From the NCBI RefSeq assembly GCF_036588685.1, contig NC_086386.1:57350001-57414000 (forward strand): 64,000 bases of DNA, given 5' to 3'. A program made the translations under genes and the position numbers. Position 1 is the stretch's first letter, and the number at the start of each line of letters is the position of its first letter. The stretch is from Mytilus trossulus. Taxonomy: Eukaryota. The notes under the pieces are model-generated. The model saw only the letters and a program-made list of their open reading frames with translations. It was not told the DNA's origin and searched no databases. Below, one piece after another: positions 13,301 through 26,100 of the stretch.

Positions 13301-16300
13301 TTCCTCTCTATCGCATGAAGCCATTTTTCTGCTGTTCTCTGACTAGCTGTTGGTTTGTATTTTTCTTCTCTTGTTACAATATTATCTGACAGCTTATAAG
13401 CTTCTTCAACTGTACTTCTGCTAGCTATTGGCTTGTATCCCTCTTCTTCTGTTACAGAAGTATCCTTACGCCTATATCTTTCGTCCAAAGTATTCCGACT
13501 AGCTCCTGGTGTATAGTTTATCCCTGATGGATCATTTGATTGCTTTGTTGTGACAGAGGTATTATTGGGTCTGTATTGGTCTTCATATAAATCAGATCTT
13601 AACGCAGGGTTTTGTCTTTGTACTTTAGTATCATCTTGTTTGTAGATGTCGTCAGTTTTATCAGGGTAAAGTATAATTTTTTGGTTTTGTTTGTCGTCGA
13701 TTGTTTGTTTATGTACTGGCTCCCCACGAAGAACATTTTTTTGCGGGGAAGTAAGCATAATATCACGACTCGGATCTTTTGGTACAATATCGCGTCTTTG
13801 TTCTTTACTTTTTTGCGCCTGTCGTAACCTATCCCAGGCTGCATCGGACTTTAAGTGGACGTTTACTGCACCTTGACTTCCTTTCTCGTCTGTTAATTCT
13901 TTAGTTGGTCCACTGTTCCTCTCTATCGCATGAAGCCATTTTTCTGCTGTTCTCTGACTAGCTGTTGGTTTGTATTTTTCTTCTCTTGTTACAATACTAT
14001 CTGGCAGCTTATAAGCTTCTTCAACTTTACTCCTGCTAGCTATTGGCTTGTATCTCTCTCCTTCTGTTACAGAAGTATCCTTACGTTTATATCTTTCGTC
14101 TAAAGTATTCCGACTAGCTCCTGGTGTGTAATTAATCCCTGATGGATCATTTGTTTGCTTTGTTGTGACAGAGGTATTATTGGGTCTGTATTGGTCTTCA
14201 TATAAATCAGATCTTAAAGCAGGGTTTTGTCTACGTTCTTTAGTATCATCTTGTTTGTAGATGTCGTCAGTTTTATCAGGGTAAAGTATCATTTTGTTTT
14301 GTCTGTCGTCGGTTGTTTGTTTATGTACTGGCTCCCCACGAAGAACATCTTTTTGCGGGGAAGTAAGCATAATATCACGACTCGGATCTTTTGGTACAAT
14401 ATCGCGTCTTTGTTCTTTACTTTTTTGCGCCTGTCGTAACCTATCCCAGGCTGCATCTGACTTTAAAGGGACGTTTACTGCACCTTGACGACCTTCCTCT
14501 TCTGTTAATTCTTTAGTTGGTCCACTGTTCCTCTCTATCGACTGAAGCCATTTGTCTGCTGATCTCTGACTAGCTGTTGGTTTGTATTTTTCTTCTCTTG
14601 TAACTATATTGTCTGCCAGCTGATAAGCTTCTTCAACTGTACTTCTGCTAACTATTGGCTTGTATCTATCTTCTTCTGTTACAGAAGTATCCGTACTCCT
14701 ATTTCTTTCGTCTAAAGAACTCCGACTAGGTCCTGGTTTGTTATTAACCCCTGTTGGATGACTTGTTTGTTTTGTTGTGGCATATGTTTTTGCTGGCTTA
14801 TATTTGTCTTTTTGTGAATCAGATCTAAATTCAGGGTTTTGTCTTTGTACTGTTGTATCTTTTCGTTTGTAGATGTCATCAGTTTTACCAGGGTACAAAT
14901 TCCCTTTTAGGTTCTGTCTGTCGTCGGTTGTTTGTTTATTTATTGGGTCCCCATGAAATACATTATATGGCGGGTTTGAAAGCACCATATCACGAGTCTG
15001 ACCTTTTGGTAACATATCGCTTCTTGGGCTTCTTGGTTCTTTTATTTTTTGCTCCTGGGGTAATCTATCTTGTTTTGTTTCTTTTTTAAGATCGGCGTCT
15101 AAGATTTTTTGAACAATTTCTTCTTCTGTTAGATCCCGATCAATAATGGTTTGCTTCGGTTTTTCTTGTTGTAAGGTAGTAAGTTCATCTTCTTTGAATA
15201 TTGGCGAACGGGTTGTGTCTTTTTGTCGGAACGTATCGACTGGGTACTCACGTGAATTTATCACTGAACTTTTTCGAATCTGGTTATCTGCTGGCATTAA
15301 TGACTTCATTTGATAGCTGTCTTCATGCCTGTCAATTTTCGATGGCTTTGTTAAGGAACTGTTTTTCTGAGACGTTGGATAGTCTAACTGTTTTCTGTCC
15401 TTTGTGCTGCTTTTCTGAAACATTTTGTCACTTGGGGCGTAACCGATGTTTTCATCCTGTCGTGTAAACTGATCATCTCTTGGTTTATTTTTTATTAGAT
15501 CATATGCTTTTGATACTTTATCGATAGGATTGGAATAGGTGTATTCTCCATTATCGGACAGTTTTCGCTGTTTGTCGATAGGATTGGAATAGGTGTATTC
15601 TCCATTATCGGACAGTTTTCGCTGACCTTTTGGTATTATAGTGCTTCTTTGGTCATTCATGTTTGTCTCTTGTGGTAATCTTGTACTTTTCAATTCTTTT
15701 TTGTATGCCGCATCTAAGATATTTTGAACAATTTCGTCCTCTGTTGGTTCATTATCAACGATATTTTGCTTCGGTTTTTCTCGGGAGGTAGCTAATTTAT
15801 CGTCTTTGAATAACTGCGAACGGTTAATTTCTTTACGAGAGAACGAATCGACTGGTTGAGCACGTGCATTGATAACTGATCGTTCTCGAAACTGGTTATT
15901 TCCTGGTATTGATGACGTCATGTCTTTATAGCTGTCTTTATATCTATCAATTCCCGATGGCTTTGTCGTTGAACTATATTTCTCAGACGTCAGATCGTCT
16001 ACTGGTTTTCTGTCTTTCATAGTGTATTTCTGAAACATTCTTTCACTTGGTTCGTAATCTGATAGTTCCTTCTGTCGTGTTAACAGATCATCTCTAGGTT
16101 TACTTTTTATTAAATCATATTTTTGTGATATTCTTTCCAGTGGATCAGAATAAGGTTTCTCACCATATACTGATAGTTTTCTTTGACGAGAAGTCTTGGA
16201 ATCATACTGTTCATATGCACTGCTACTCGGAATAGGATTATACCGTTTGTTGTACCGATCAGCTTCGGGATTAGACAGTTGTTTAGAAGACGTTTGGTTT

Positions 16301-16645
16301 TGTGGTTGTCGTGTTAACAGATCGTCTCTTGGTTTACTTTTTATTAAATCATATTTTTGTGATATTCTTTCCAGTGGATCAGAATAAGGGTTCTCTCCAT
16401 ATTCTGACAGTTTTCTTTGCCGAGAAGCCTTGGAATCATACTGTTCATATGCACTGCTACTCGGAATAGGATTATAACGTTTGTTTTGTCGACCAGCTTC
16501 AGGGTAAGACAGTTTGGAAGTTTGTATTTGTGGATGGTCATTTGTTAATTGCGCTGAAGCTTTTTTGTCCCGATCACTGCTTAGATACTTTCCTTGCTTT
16601 GAAGTTTCTGGTGACTCGTATTTCTTCATATATTGGGAAAATTGA
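10345..16645 (-). CDS. Terminal 6.3-kb exon of a ~2363-aa repetitive, disordered protein with a Cys/His region, C-terminal TM helix and KASH-like tail
   Basis: 2094-codon ORF in AT-rich DNA. Acceptor TTATCGTTATAG|T at 16645 completes the phase-2 codon (AG+T = Ser) in frame. The four exons sum to 7092 nt (2364 codons). TM CLLIASALFILFVSMI, then 33 aa ending PPPCF. Minus-strand AATAAA at 10173-10178. The gene is well supported; the KASH label is tentative. Confidence 0.9.
13215..15065 (-). repeat. Three coding tandem repeats of 612-615 nt (204-205 aa)
   Basis: CTATTGGCTTGTAT at 13425, 14040 and 14652; LRQAQKSKEQRRDIVPKDPSRDIMLTSPQK is identical in two units. Confidence 0.9.
15100..16520 (-). 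repeat. Further coding repeats: 234-nt pair, 54-nt exact tandem, diverged ~615-nt pair
   Basis: RYNPIPSSSAYEQYDSK...KPRDDLLTRQ x2 (period 234); QRKLSDNGEYTYSNPIDK x2; EEEIVQKILDA / EDEIVQNILDA at 15151 vs 15766. Confidence 0.85.
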
Positions 16646-16757
16646 CTATAACGATAATTAAAGTCATGAACGAAATTTTAAAAATTACAATGAATACTTA
16701 AGTTTTCTAAAGGCATTAGAATGACAAAAACAAAGAGAAATAAAAGGACGCCATAAC

Positions 16758-17083
16758 TATGGTGGACGGATGCGGCCATTTCGCGTTTTCGCGTTTTCTC
16801 CTTTCACTTCAACGAAATCGAGAAATCGGGAAATCGAGAAATCAAGAAATCGAGAAATCATAATCGAGGAATCGAAATATCGTGAATTGCAGGATTCTGA
16901 ATACCAGGAAATTAAAAAAAGCAAGAAAGCAAGAAAACGGGAAAATTTGATATCTCGATTTTGATGACTCCATTTCGATTTCACGTTTTCCCGATTTTTC
17001 GATTTCTCGATTTCGCTTTTGCAAAGTGAAAGGAGAAATCACGAAATCGCAAAAAGGTGAAATTGCCGCATCCGGCCAACATA
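16758..17083. mobile_element. Intronic MITE, IS3EU-like
   Basis: TIR TATGGTGGACGGATGCGGCCATTTC / GAAATTGCCGCATCCGGCCAACATA; near-perfect 6-bp TSD CATAAC/CATGAC; internal GAAATC(G) repeats. Confidence 0.65.
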
Positions 17084-17671
17084 CATGACCGATTTCTAGC
17101 TATAGAGAATAGGCATAACACTCCTTGCTTATGTTTTATAAAATATAAATGCTACTATTATATAACGAGCAAAAAAATAATAAGAAAAAATAAGCACACA
17201 ACACCAAACGTATATAATGAAAACTGTATTCAATTCGTTATTTATAAATCAAGATTAAGTTAGGAGCTTTATTTATAATAATTCATTCAAATATTGAATA
17301 AGAAATGATACGCCATTAAAAGATTAAAAGGAATTGCTCATGATAAAGAAGACTAGATCAGGACTAGTGTACACTAATAGACATGCAATGTACTTGTTGA
17401 ACCGTCTTGAATTCCAGCCTTTATTATACACTTTCAGTCATAGATATGGAGAAATTCCTAATAGACTTTCTGTATATACTATCAGACATATTAATAATTT
17501 GCTTTTTTTTGTAATTTTTATTTAGGTTTTTCTTCTGGTAAAAGGGAGGTAACCCAATCATGTTTCATCAACCTAAAAAATCCCGAAGAATGTAGGCGAA
17601 TGATTTTTAATAGATCGGCTTCTACGTGTATGTCCACTGACCGTTTCGGAAAATAGAGAGAGACAACTGAC

Positions 17672-17805
17672 CTGTTATCTTTTTGAGTGTTATATTTTCT
17701 GTCGCTTTCTTTTAGATTTGAGCTGTCGTACTTCCTTGCAGCTTGAGTTAAACTCCTTGGGCTTAATTTGTCTGCAGACCACATGTTCTCGCCAGAACTT
17801 ATAAC
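17672..17805 (-). CDS. Exon 3 of giant KASH-like protein
   Basis: Acceptor GCGTTTCAG|GTT, donor AACAG|GTCAGT; 134 nt, phase 0->2. Confidence 0.75.
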
Positions 17806-18760
17806 CTGAAACGCATACATTTAATTGTGTTCATTATTGAGGTAAATAATCTTATAAGAGTATACCATTTTTAATCTAAATAGTACAGAGACAGTTGGAA
17901 ATAATGTATCCCCTGGTACACTGCTAAAGATCACTGAGCTTATTTACAAAACATCCATTACATAATAAACAGTGCCATAAACATGTAAAAGTCTGTTAAC
18001 ATTTTATGCGGCATTTACATTCTTTACGATAAACGTTGCGATAACGGAAGATCTGGTTGGGATTTCAAAATAAAGAATAGTGGATTGGATCAAGGATGAA
18101 GAAAACGAAAGGTAAAACAAATAACGAAAGGCGAAAAATTGAATGCGCATTAATTTGGCTACTCGATACAAAAAAGACCTAACAGTTACCAGTTACGTTT
18201 AAGAACGGTCAATGCAGTGAGGTTCACATTACGCAATGTAATCTAATATGTTGTTTCCGTTTATTTTTTTGACAGAAATCAGATAGATTGTTTTCTTGTT
18301 TAAATTGTTTCCATTTATATGTCATGTCGTGTCGATGCCTTTTAAAGGAGACTATACAGTATAAAAGAGGGACGGAAGATCTATACCAAAGGGACAGTCA
18401 AACAACAAACTGACAACGCCATGGCTAAAAATGAAAAAAGACAAACAGAAAAAACAATATATATAAGTGTTGTTTATTATAAAAGTCCGTATGGAGACCT
18501 ACAGTTGACTCTAGTATGTAAGTCATTTGGACACTGTTTGATAGTTGTCTCATTGGGTTCATACCACATGTACATCTCTTTATTTTTTTATATAATGTAA
18601 ACGGAGAGCATGATTAAACATAAAACAATCCTTTTTGTCTCACCCCGGCGGCAATCGAACACCAGACCTCTCAGTTTACGCGAAAACCGGTTGAGCTAAA
18701 AAGGGACTTCCTGATTGAATATCTACTTATGAAGGGAAGCAATCCTGTCACCATATTTAC

Positions 18761-18915
18761 CCGAACGTTATATCTGTCAATAATATTTTGAATTATTTCA
18801 GAGAGCTCATCTTGTTTGCCATGAATCAAGCGTTCTTTGTCTTCTTCTGTTAATCCGATATCTTCAGCGTGTTCCGATAGTGTTCGGTACCAGTGCTGTA
18901 AATTTTCTTCTAGAT
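18761..18915 (-). CDS. Exon 2 of giant KASH-like protein (helical)
   Basis: Acceptor TTCTTTGATAG|AT, donor CGG|GTAAAT; 155 nt, phase 1->0; DLEENLQHWYRTLSEHAEDIGLTEEDKERLIHGKQDELSEIIQNIIDRYNVR. Confidence 0.8.
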
Positions 18916-19726
18916 CTATCAAAGAAATTAACGAAAGATTGTACGGCATGCTTATATTATTCTTATATACAAGTAGATATTTTATCATTTTGAATTTTTC
19001 TGTCAATCGTATAAGATAAGATAAGATTTATTTTATTTAAGTGTCACCATCCATTACAATATCAATATAAATATACACATAAAGTCATAAGAACCTAACA
19101 TTTAAGTAAAAGGACCGTCCAGCCGAAAACGACTTATGAGACACTATCATTAAAACAAACATATAATACATGATACATAAAAGGACAGATATACAATCAT
19201 TTACCTTTCGCCGAACGACAAACATGCTTGCCTATTTGCTATGTCCATATACTGTTGGTTATATGCTTTTTATTTGTTCTTTCCCTAAATATGCATGCAA
19301 TATTTGACACGTGTAAACAATTTTGATAACAGCTCTTAAGGAAGCTCGAGGATACAAAAAAAAACAGCAAAAAATAAAACTTTTTTTTATATTTCAAATT
19401 TTATTTACGACACTATTAGTTGTTACTTTATAATAGACATATTTGAATTAAAGAAGATGCAGGAGGATTTGACATGGGTTGCGCATTTCCCAAATCCTTT
19501 TTTTCGTAAAATATTTCGCACTTCCCATTTTTTTCTTCTTTTCCCCAGATCCCAATTTTTTATCCCTTATATCCTAAATCTTTTTTTCAACCCCTGTATC
19601 CCACAAACCACATATATACCAAAAGTGTGTCACACTCGTGTGGGTTACCGTATATGTCAACAACCACCAGTCATGCAGTAACTAAACAATACAGAAAAGA
19701 CAGCTCGTTTATCATTTTAAAAGTAC

Positions 19727-20228
19727 CTGTTATATCGTCTGCCTGGATCTTCTCACTAATTAACTCACGCAATGCTTTTACATATGTACAAATGGCAGAC
19801 AGAGATTTATTTTCCACATATGTTGTTTGCGTCGAATCCTCCGTGAAGCATTTTCTTTCTGGGAATTCTGGATCAAATTGTTCCCGTCTCAATCGCGAAA
19901 TTTGTTGTTCTAAAATCCCGCCAAATTTTTCTCGATTTTCCCTCTGATATTGGAAAAACTGCTCTATCTGTGATTCAATACTTGAAAAAGAATCAACACT
20001 GTCTGAATCTGAATTTGAAATGGTATCAGAATAAGATTGAACAGTTTCTGTGGTACTTTCTTCAACTATATCTGTAGAAACAATCGAAGCTGTCTCTCTA
20101 TCTTCCTCCGTTCTAGGAGTTCTAGGAGAACTATTATAAATGCTATCCTCTTCCCTGGAGTTAAAACCTTCGTCTTCCGTTGTTAAATCTTCTGTAACAC
20201 TATAGTTTGTGAAAATATATTGACTCAT
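19727..20228 (-). CDS. Exon 1 of giant tail-anchored KASH-like protein (acidic Ser/Thr-rich N-terminus plus helical segment)
   Basis: ATG at 20228; donor ACAG|GTACTT; 502 nt, phase 1, joining exon 2 as GAT (…DDIT-D-LEENLQ). Confidence 0.8.
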
Positions 20229-20303
20229 TTGGAGTGATGTTCATGTTCGGCGACATTGGTCCAAAAACAAGATATCGCCGGTATCGTCATTTGTCGATTT
20301 GGC

Positions 20304-20317
20304 GACGTCAGTGACGT
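20304..20317. promoter_or_regulatory. Paired CRE-like (TGACGT) sites ~80 bp upstream of the gene 1 ATG
   Basis: GACGTCAGTGACGT in a locally CpG-rich patch. Confidence 0.35.
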
Positions 20318-21975
20318 TATGCGATTATGACCATAAGGTCATCTGAAACGTTATCTTAGCTAGGCAAGGGAACTTACAGTCTTGCCCCCTCCTCATGCTC
20401 CTCAAGAGGTGGTTACTGGATCATATTTCTTCAGTGATAAGCGAAGATGCTGAAAAGTATGCAAACATGAATACAGCTTTTTTTACTGCTTTGGGTGAAA
20501 AAATATCCATTGTTTAATATCTTCTTTTTACAAAAAAATAAAAATAAAATAAAAAAACGTTTATAAAACACGACCATGAAATAAACTTGACAAACAAGAA
20601 TATTATATTTTTACTCTTTAACGATTTATATGTAAGCTTAGATAAAAAATGAATTTGACTTTATTGTATATTTGATCTATTTTTTTCAATTATCATGTAC
20701 AACCAGAGACATATAATACATGTCATGAAAGCTGAAACAAATAATTCAAATATTTAAACAGTACACTAGTAACCCCAATTTAACTTGATCGGACAAAAAC
20801 GTGTTAACGCTGTTTAAATGAAATTAATCGTCATTTGATAAAGATTGACAAAAATTAAAAATCATTTTTAATTTATTTCAATGCATATCAAATCATTTTA
20901 ATGCCAGTCAAATAACTTCGCTTGCGGTCGTTCAATTTAATTCAAGTTGGTGGTAAGTTACGTCAAACAAATAGGCCACGCCCCCGTTAAACTATTTCAA
21001 ACTGGTATCAATTCGTTTTAAACCGAGTTGCGACCCGAGCTTTTAACAGGTAAATCACTCAAGCAAAACAACATCGATGTATCTTTCGTTTATTTGTTTC
21101 AAACTTTATCGACTTATATATATAAATGCGTGTATTCTTATTAAAGTAATATACTTCACAACTTAAACAAATGAATGATCAATACACGTAACATATAAGG
21201 AATTTAAATAAAAACAATAAAATATTGGTGCACGGTTTAAAAAATTCAAAACTTGTGAATCTGTTAAAAATAAAATAGTTAGATGTTTAACATATTTTTA
21301 ATTTGCCCGAATGCAGTAGATCTTTATCTCACATATTCGTTTCAAAACTTTCTGAGTGCTATGAAAACTTGTGAATGTAAGTAACGTATGGTCCATTGCA
21401 ATGACTTACAAACTTGAGGTATTCCTGTATATTTCCGTTTCTCATTTTCTGTCTTACTATAGTGTACTCGTTAATTAAATATAGACACGGAAATTAAAGT
21501 ATCTTACAAAAATTATTTATTTTTCACATAGTTTAAATCGATGTATCTTATAGTTTCGGTCAACAACAAATATTCCCTAGCTGTATATTGATATATGAAG
21601 TAGCTTGTAATAAAAACAATGTTGTGTTAAATAATAAAATGAATGAACATAATGTTAACATTTGTTGAATTTAATAAACAGTTAAGTCTTGTACAACATT
21701 GCAAATAAAGGAACAGCTCAAAAAAATTTAAAACTGTGTCAAATTGTAATATCGGTCACTGACGCGAAACGGCCGTTAATTGCGGACAAGCATTACATTA
21801 CGGTATTTGTGAATTGTGGTTCCGATTCTGTAAAGCGATTATTGTGCTGTCATTCACCGTGACGTACAAAAAGTCTTGCTATAAATAAAAATATATTCGG
21901 TATATATGAGATAAATTTTAGTCTGCGATAACGATGGGTTGGTTGATTTAAGTTTTACGACCTTGACTTGCTCTA

Positions 21976-22108
21976 AGCTGAGACTACTATAACTGCTAAC
22001 GGTAAAATACGAAACTACGTTAAATTAACGCAGCTAGCTTTTTTGAGTGTAGCCGGTTTAATAGGGAAATCGAGAGTGACCAATCTCTGTGTTATAGTAG
22101 TCTCAGCT
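21976..22108. mobile_element. ~130-bp MITE (possibly Harbinger-like) inserted in the left arm only
   Basis: TIR AGCTGAGACTACTATAAC / GTTATAGTAGTCTCAGCT; the right arm has the empty site (GTCGACTTAGAGCAAG, ~29666); TSD readable as 3, 5 or 7 bp. Confidence 0.85.
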
Positions 22109-22329
22109 CTAAGTCGACATTCTCTTACGTCTAATGTATTTTATTTTCGTTTAGGGCATATTATATAAGTCTACCTACCAAATTGAAATCAACATCAACA
22201 TTATTAAAATAAACAAGAATGGAAAAGAAACAATTATGCACTGTTGCTCTGATATAATTTTTATTAACTATATTTTAGCGGTAATGTCCAAATTAAAAAC
22301 TAATTGTCGTACAAAAAAATAATTTATCG

Positions 22330-22571
22330 AGGTGCTTTCGTTGAAGTTCGCGTTACATATCAAAATGAATGATATTGGTCGGAACGTTTGCAAACTTTCA
22401 ATCCAGGTGTTCTCATCGAGGTCCGCGTTCATTTTTCAATTCAATACACCATATTTCATCTAGGTGCTTTCGTTGAAGTTCGCGTTACATAGTAAAACGA
22501 ATTTCATTGGTCGGAACAATTGCAAACTTTCAATCCAGGTGTTCTTATCGAGGTCCGCGTTCGTGTTTCAA
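22330..22571. repeat. 132-bp tandem modules at the inner end of the foldback arms
   Basis: AGGTGCTTTCGTTGAAGTTCGCGTTACAT at 22330 and 22462; inverted pair at ~29190-29445; diverged copy at 26201-26315. Confidence 0.85.
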
Positions 22572-22901
22572 ATGGCATTAAATAAGTTTGGTTACATGTA
22601 GTAATTTTTTTTTATCAGATTATTTAACCACTTTGTGATTGCAGAACCTGCTGCATTGGCTTGTATGTGTGAACGTTATTCGATAACGTCAGGAACGATA
22701 ACTCGTGGCGTAATGTCAACTTACTGTCAAGACAGACGCTTTTATAGAAAATAAAGGAATATGGAGTAAACGTATACGGAACCAGTAATCGCACACAAAG
22801 TCAATGCTTAACAAAAATACAAATAATTAATGGTCAGCGTTTTTATTCCTATTCATCTTTATATTCCCTAAAGGGTCTTCAACAATGAAAGATTCACTTG
22901 T

Positions 22902-23134
22902 TTAGGGATGACATCAAAAGATCGATGTAGGATAAAAAAAAACTTAAATCAAATAGTTTGGGGGGGGGATCAACTTTGCTGCAAGTTTTGTTAATCTAAA
23001 ATCGATTTTACATATATCCCTATTGGTCAATCAATTTTTACCAAATTAAGTTAAGAGGGGGGGTGTGGAGGTCAGTAAAAAACCTATGTGAATTCAGTTT
23101 TGTATTCTTCATTGAACGTTCGATGTCGTCCCTT
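22902..23134. mobile_element. MITE with GGG termini (PIF/Zator-like) within the foldback cargo
   Basis: TTAGGGATGACATCAAAAGATCGATG / CATTGAACGTTCGATGTCGTCCCTTA imperfect TIRs. Confidence 0.5.
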
Positions 23135-26100
23135 ACCAGAACAACAAAAAAAACACTAGCTAAGAGTACTTAAGTTACTGCCAGCTATAGTTCACACTCC
23201 TACGTTTGAAGTCTTCCTGTCCATCATCCCGCAATCGTTATTTTTGAAGATCATATAAGTGAATGAATAATTCAATTTTCTGCCTCAGGACCTGCGCATA
23301 TATGAAATACTTAACACTGAACATTGAACCTGGTTGTAATTTGCAATTTTTATTTGTAATTTTTCCTCACTAGGTAGGTGAAATTATGTATAACATCAAA
23401 TGTATTGTAAATTGCGAAAATGCATTACGAGCATATTCTATAATTTTAAGTTTGAATTATAAAGAGTTTATTTTTTTTCAAATATTGAATACGCAACAAA
23501 ATCTCTGTAATGTTACCCATGTATTATTTATGTTTATGTTAAAGGCGTTTGATTGGATATTAGTTAAAGGTAGGCGTGGTTTTCGGTAACTTTCCTCCAA
23601 TCAACTGGCCTATTCGACAAACATATGTGCGCTGATGCGTGCAAACTGGCTATTGTAACGGCACATGTCTTACATCAGAATCTATCGTGCGTGACCAATG
23701 TTTATTGTGAAATTTCTTGTCATGTGAGCAAATTATCAGACATACAAGTTCTAAAGGTTACAACTTGAATTTGCTTTTTCAAAGATTATTTTCGGCAGTG
23801 CCCCTGATAAACGATGTAAAGTGTTTAAGAAAAACAAGACTTTAAATGAAGGATGCATATTACCAGAGAATATAATCTGGGACTTTGCCAGATATAATGT
23901 ATGTATTTTATGGCTCGGATATTAACAATAAAATGTTCTGAAAAAATTAAGTGTCCGATAATTTGAATTATCTGATAAAGTTATCTCGATCACTTTCGAC
24001 AAAATATTATTGCATGGATGGTAAACTGCTGATTTTTATTTCTAGACATGGTTTGTGACTGTTATAAGTATAGACAACTATATGCATTCTGGTTTACGTT
24101 TACAAAGAACACACTATACATTTTTCTGAAATATCAATCCTTTTTGGACAGACTTGCTTTTTCCTTGTATTTGTAAAAAATATAAGACGTTTCATTTGAT
24201 TTGAATACTTCAAAAATTGCTTCAAAATACTATAGGCCTGTATTGTTGTTATTTTTTTAGGGTCAATGACTTCCCCCCCCCAAAAAAAAAAAGTAGTAAA
24301 ATAATTGTATATTTGATTTGAATAATTGTTTTAAAACGTAATAGAAATAAAGGTCAGCCAAACCCAAATTCAGCAATAAGGAGTGTCATTCACCGGGTTT
24401 AATTTCTTTTACCGGTTTTGAACTTCTTGTTTTGTTCAATAAATAATAGTAATCTTCTTATCTTGTTCAATAAAAAATAGTAAAATTTACTTTCCATACA
24501 CATGTTTGACTTCCTAAATAACACTAGGAAATAAAATTTGTCACACTTTCGCTTTTGTCGTCTGCTCAAGTTAGTTTAATTTGGTATTGTAATATGCACA
24601 TGATATACTTGTCACTGAACGTTGAACAAACAGTAGCTATCCACCAATCCATCAGTGATTGCGATACTTCTGTTACATACCCGTCATTTTGTCACATATT
24701 TGGTACTATTTTTTGAACAAAGTTCGTGTTGTAAGCCGAATTTGTCCTACATTTGTATTGTTCTTGTCAAGTAATACATTCCTTGAACTGGTTTAAATGT
24801 TTAACTAAATCCTATGATATAAATTTTGTGCATTGGTTTTTTGAAACACAATTTTGTTAATTTGAGCGTGTCAACACTTAGTCTAGTAGTGATTTCGGTT
24901 TGTATGACCATACAACATATTTATATATTAGTATTACAGTAAGTTATTGTTTCATTTTACATGTTTACCATTGATAACATCAAATAAAACGTGTTGCAGG
25001 TTGAACTAAACCATAAAGGAAGGATCTAAAATTTTAACTATGTATGTTTAAACTATTATGAATGCGGAGTGGGGGTATTGCACGATAGCCTCAGTAGTAG
25101 TATGATACTTTGATATCAAATGGACTACAGACTCAGTTAAAAAGTTGCATTTACTACCAATCCATGCACAATAGTAAGATGTATGCTCCTGAGCGTATTA
25201 TGGACAAAGAAAAGGGTTGTGGTGTACTTTTAAATTTTGAACTAAGTATGGTAGAATGGTTGCCATACGCCTTCATATTACAGAAACCACCAGCGTACAC
25301 TACAGCATAATTACGATTTCAGTTGTTATAGTTCACACACAAATCAATTGGGCTAGTTTAATCTCCTGCATGGTTTATTCCATTGACAATCATATTCAAG
25401 AAAATTCATATTCTGTATGAAGCTTGATTGAGCCGTAGATTCACAAAGATACCGATCATAGTTATCTTTTCTTCATTTACATAAATGAATGTCGGGAATT
25501 CGGAATAAGGCAATTATACATGATCCTCAGTTTATATTTATTTTGAAGCATTATCGAACTAATACGACTTACATTTCTCTTTAAAATTTACTTTGAACTA
25601 AATATCTAGTAAATGACTTTACATGGGAATAACTTGGGGTGTATTCATGTATACTAGTATGTAATGATAATAAAAAGAAACCAACAGCACTATTTGACGA
25701 AGACGAAATTAAGGATTGAATTTTAACGTCCAGTGACATATATTACAATGATGTCGAAACAGAACTTGAAATTGACAATAGGTATTCCGTCGCTTTTCCA
25801 AAGAATTCACGCTTAGTTGCGATTTCAAGTGCTATTTTGAAGAGACATGTTTTGTCGAAATGCACATCTGGTGCAAGAAAATTGGTACCGTTAATTGTAT
25901 TACAACTTCGGGTTCGCATTATAGTTATATTTGTACAAAATAACTAACAATTAACAAATTGTGATGATTTCTTTAACTGTTCTTGAACGTTCTAGTTTTA
26001 ATATAAATCTGTGATTTTTCTATATTCGTACTTTCGACGAAGCAAAGCAAGTTCGATCTAGACCTGGACAATTTGATGCATTTAGCAATATTCAATCGTT

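Noticed and set aside
10607-16541. Many 60-90-aa ORFs overlapping the 2094-aa ORF
   Set aside because: Antisense or alternate-frame shadows of the real exon; they repeat because the exon repeats.
16757-17042. Arg/Glu-rich small ORFs
   Set aside because: Translation of GAAATC repeats in an intronic MITE.
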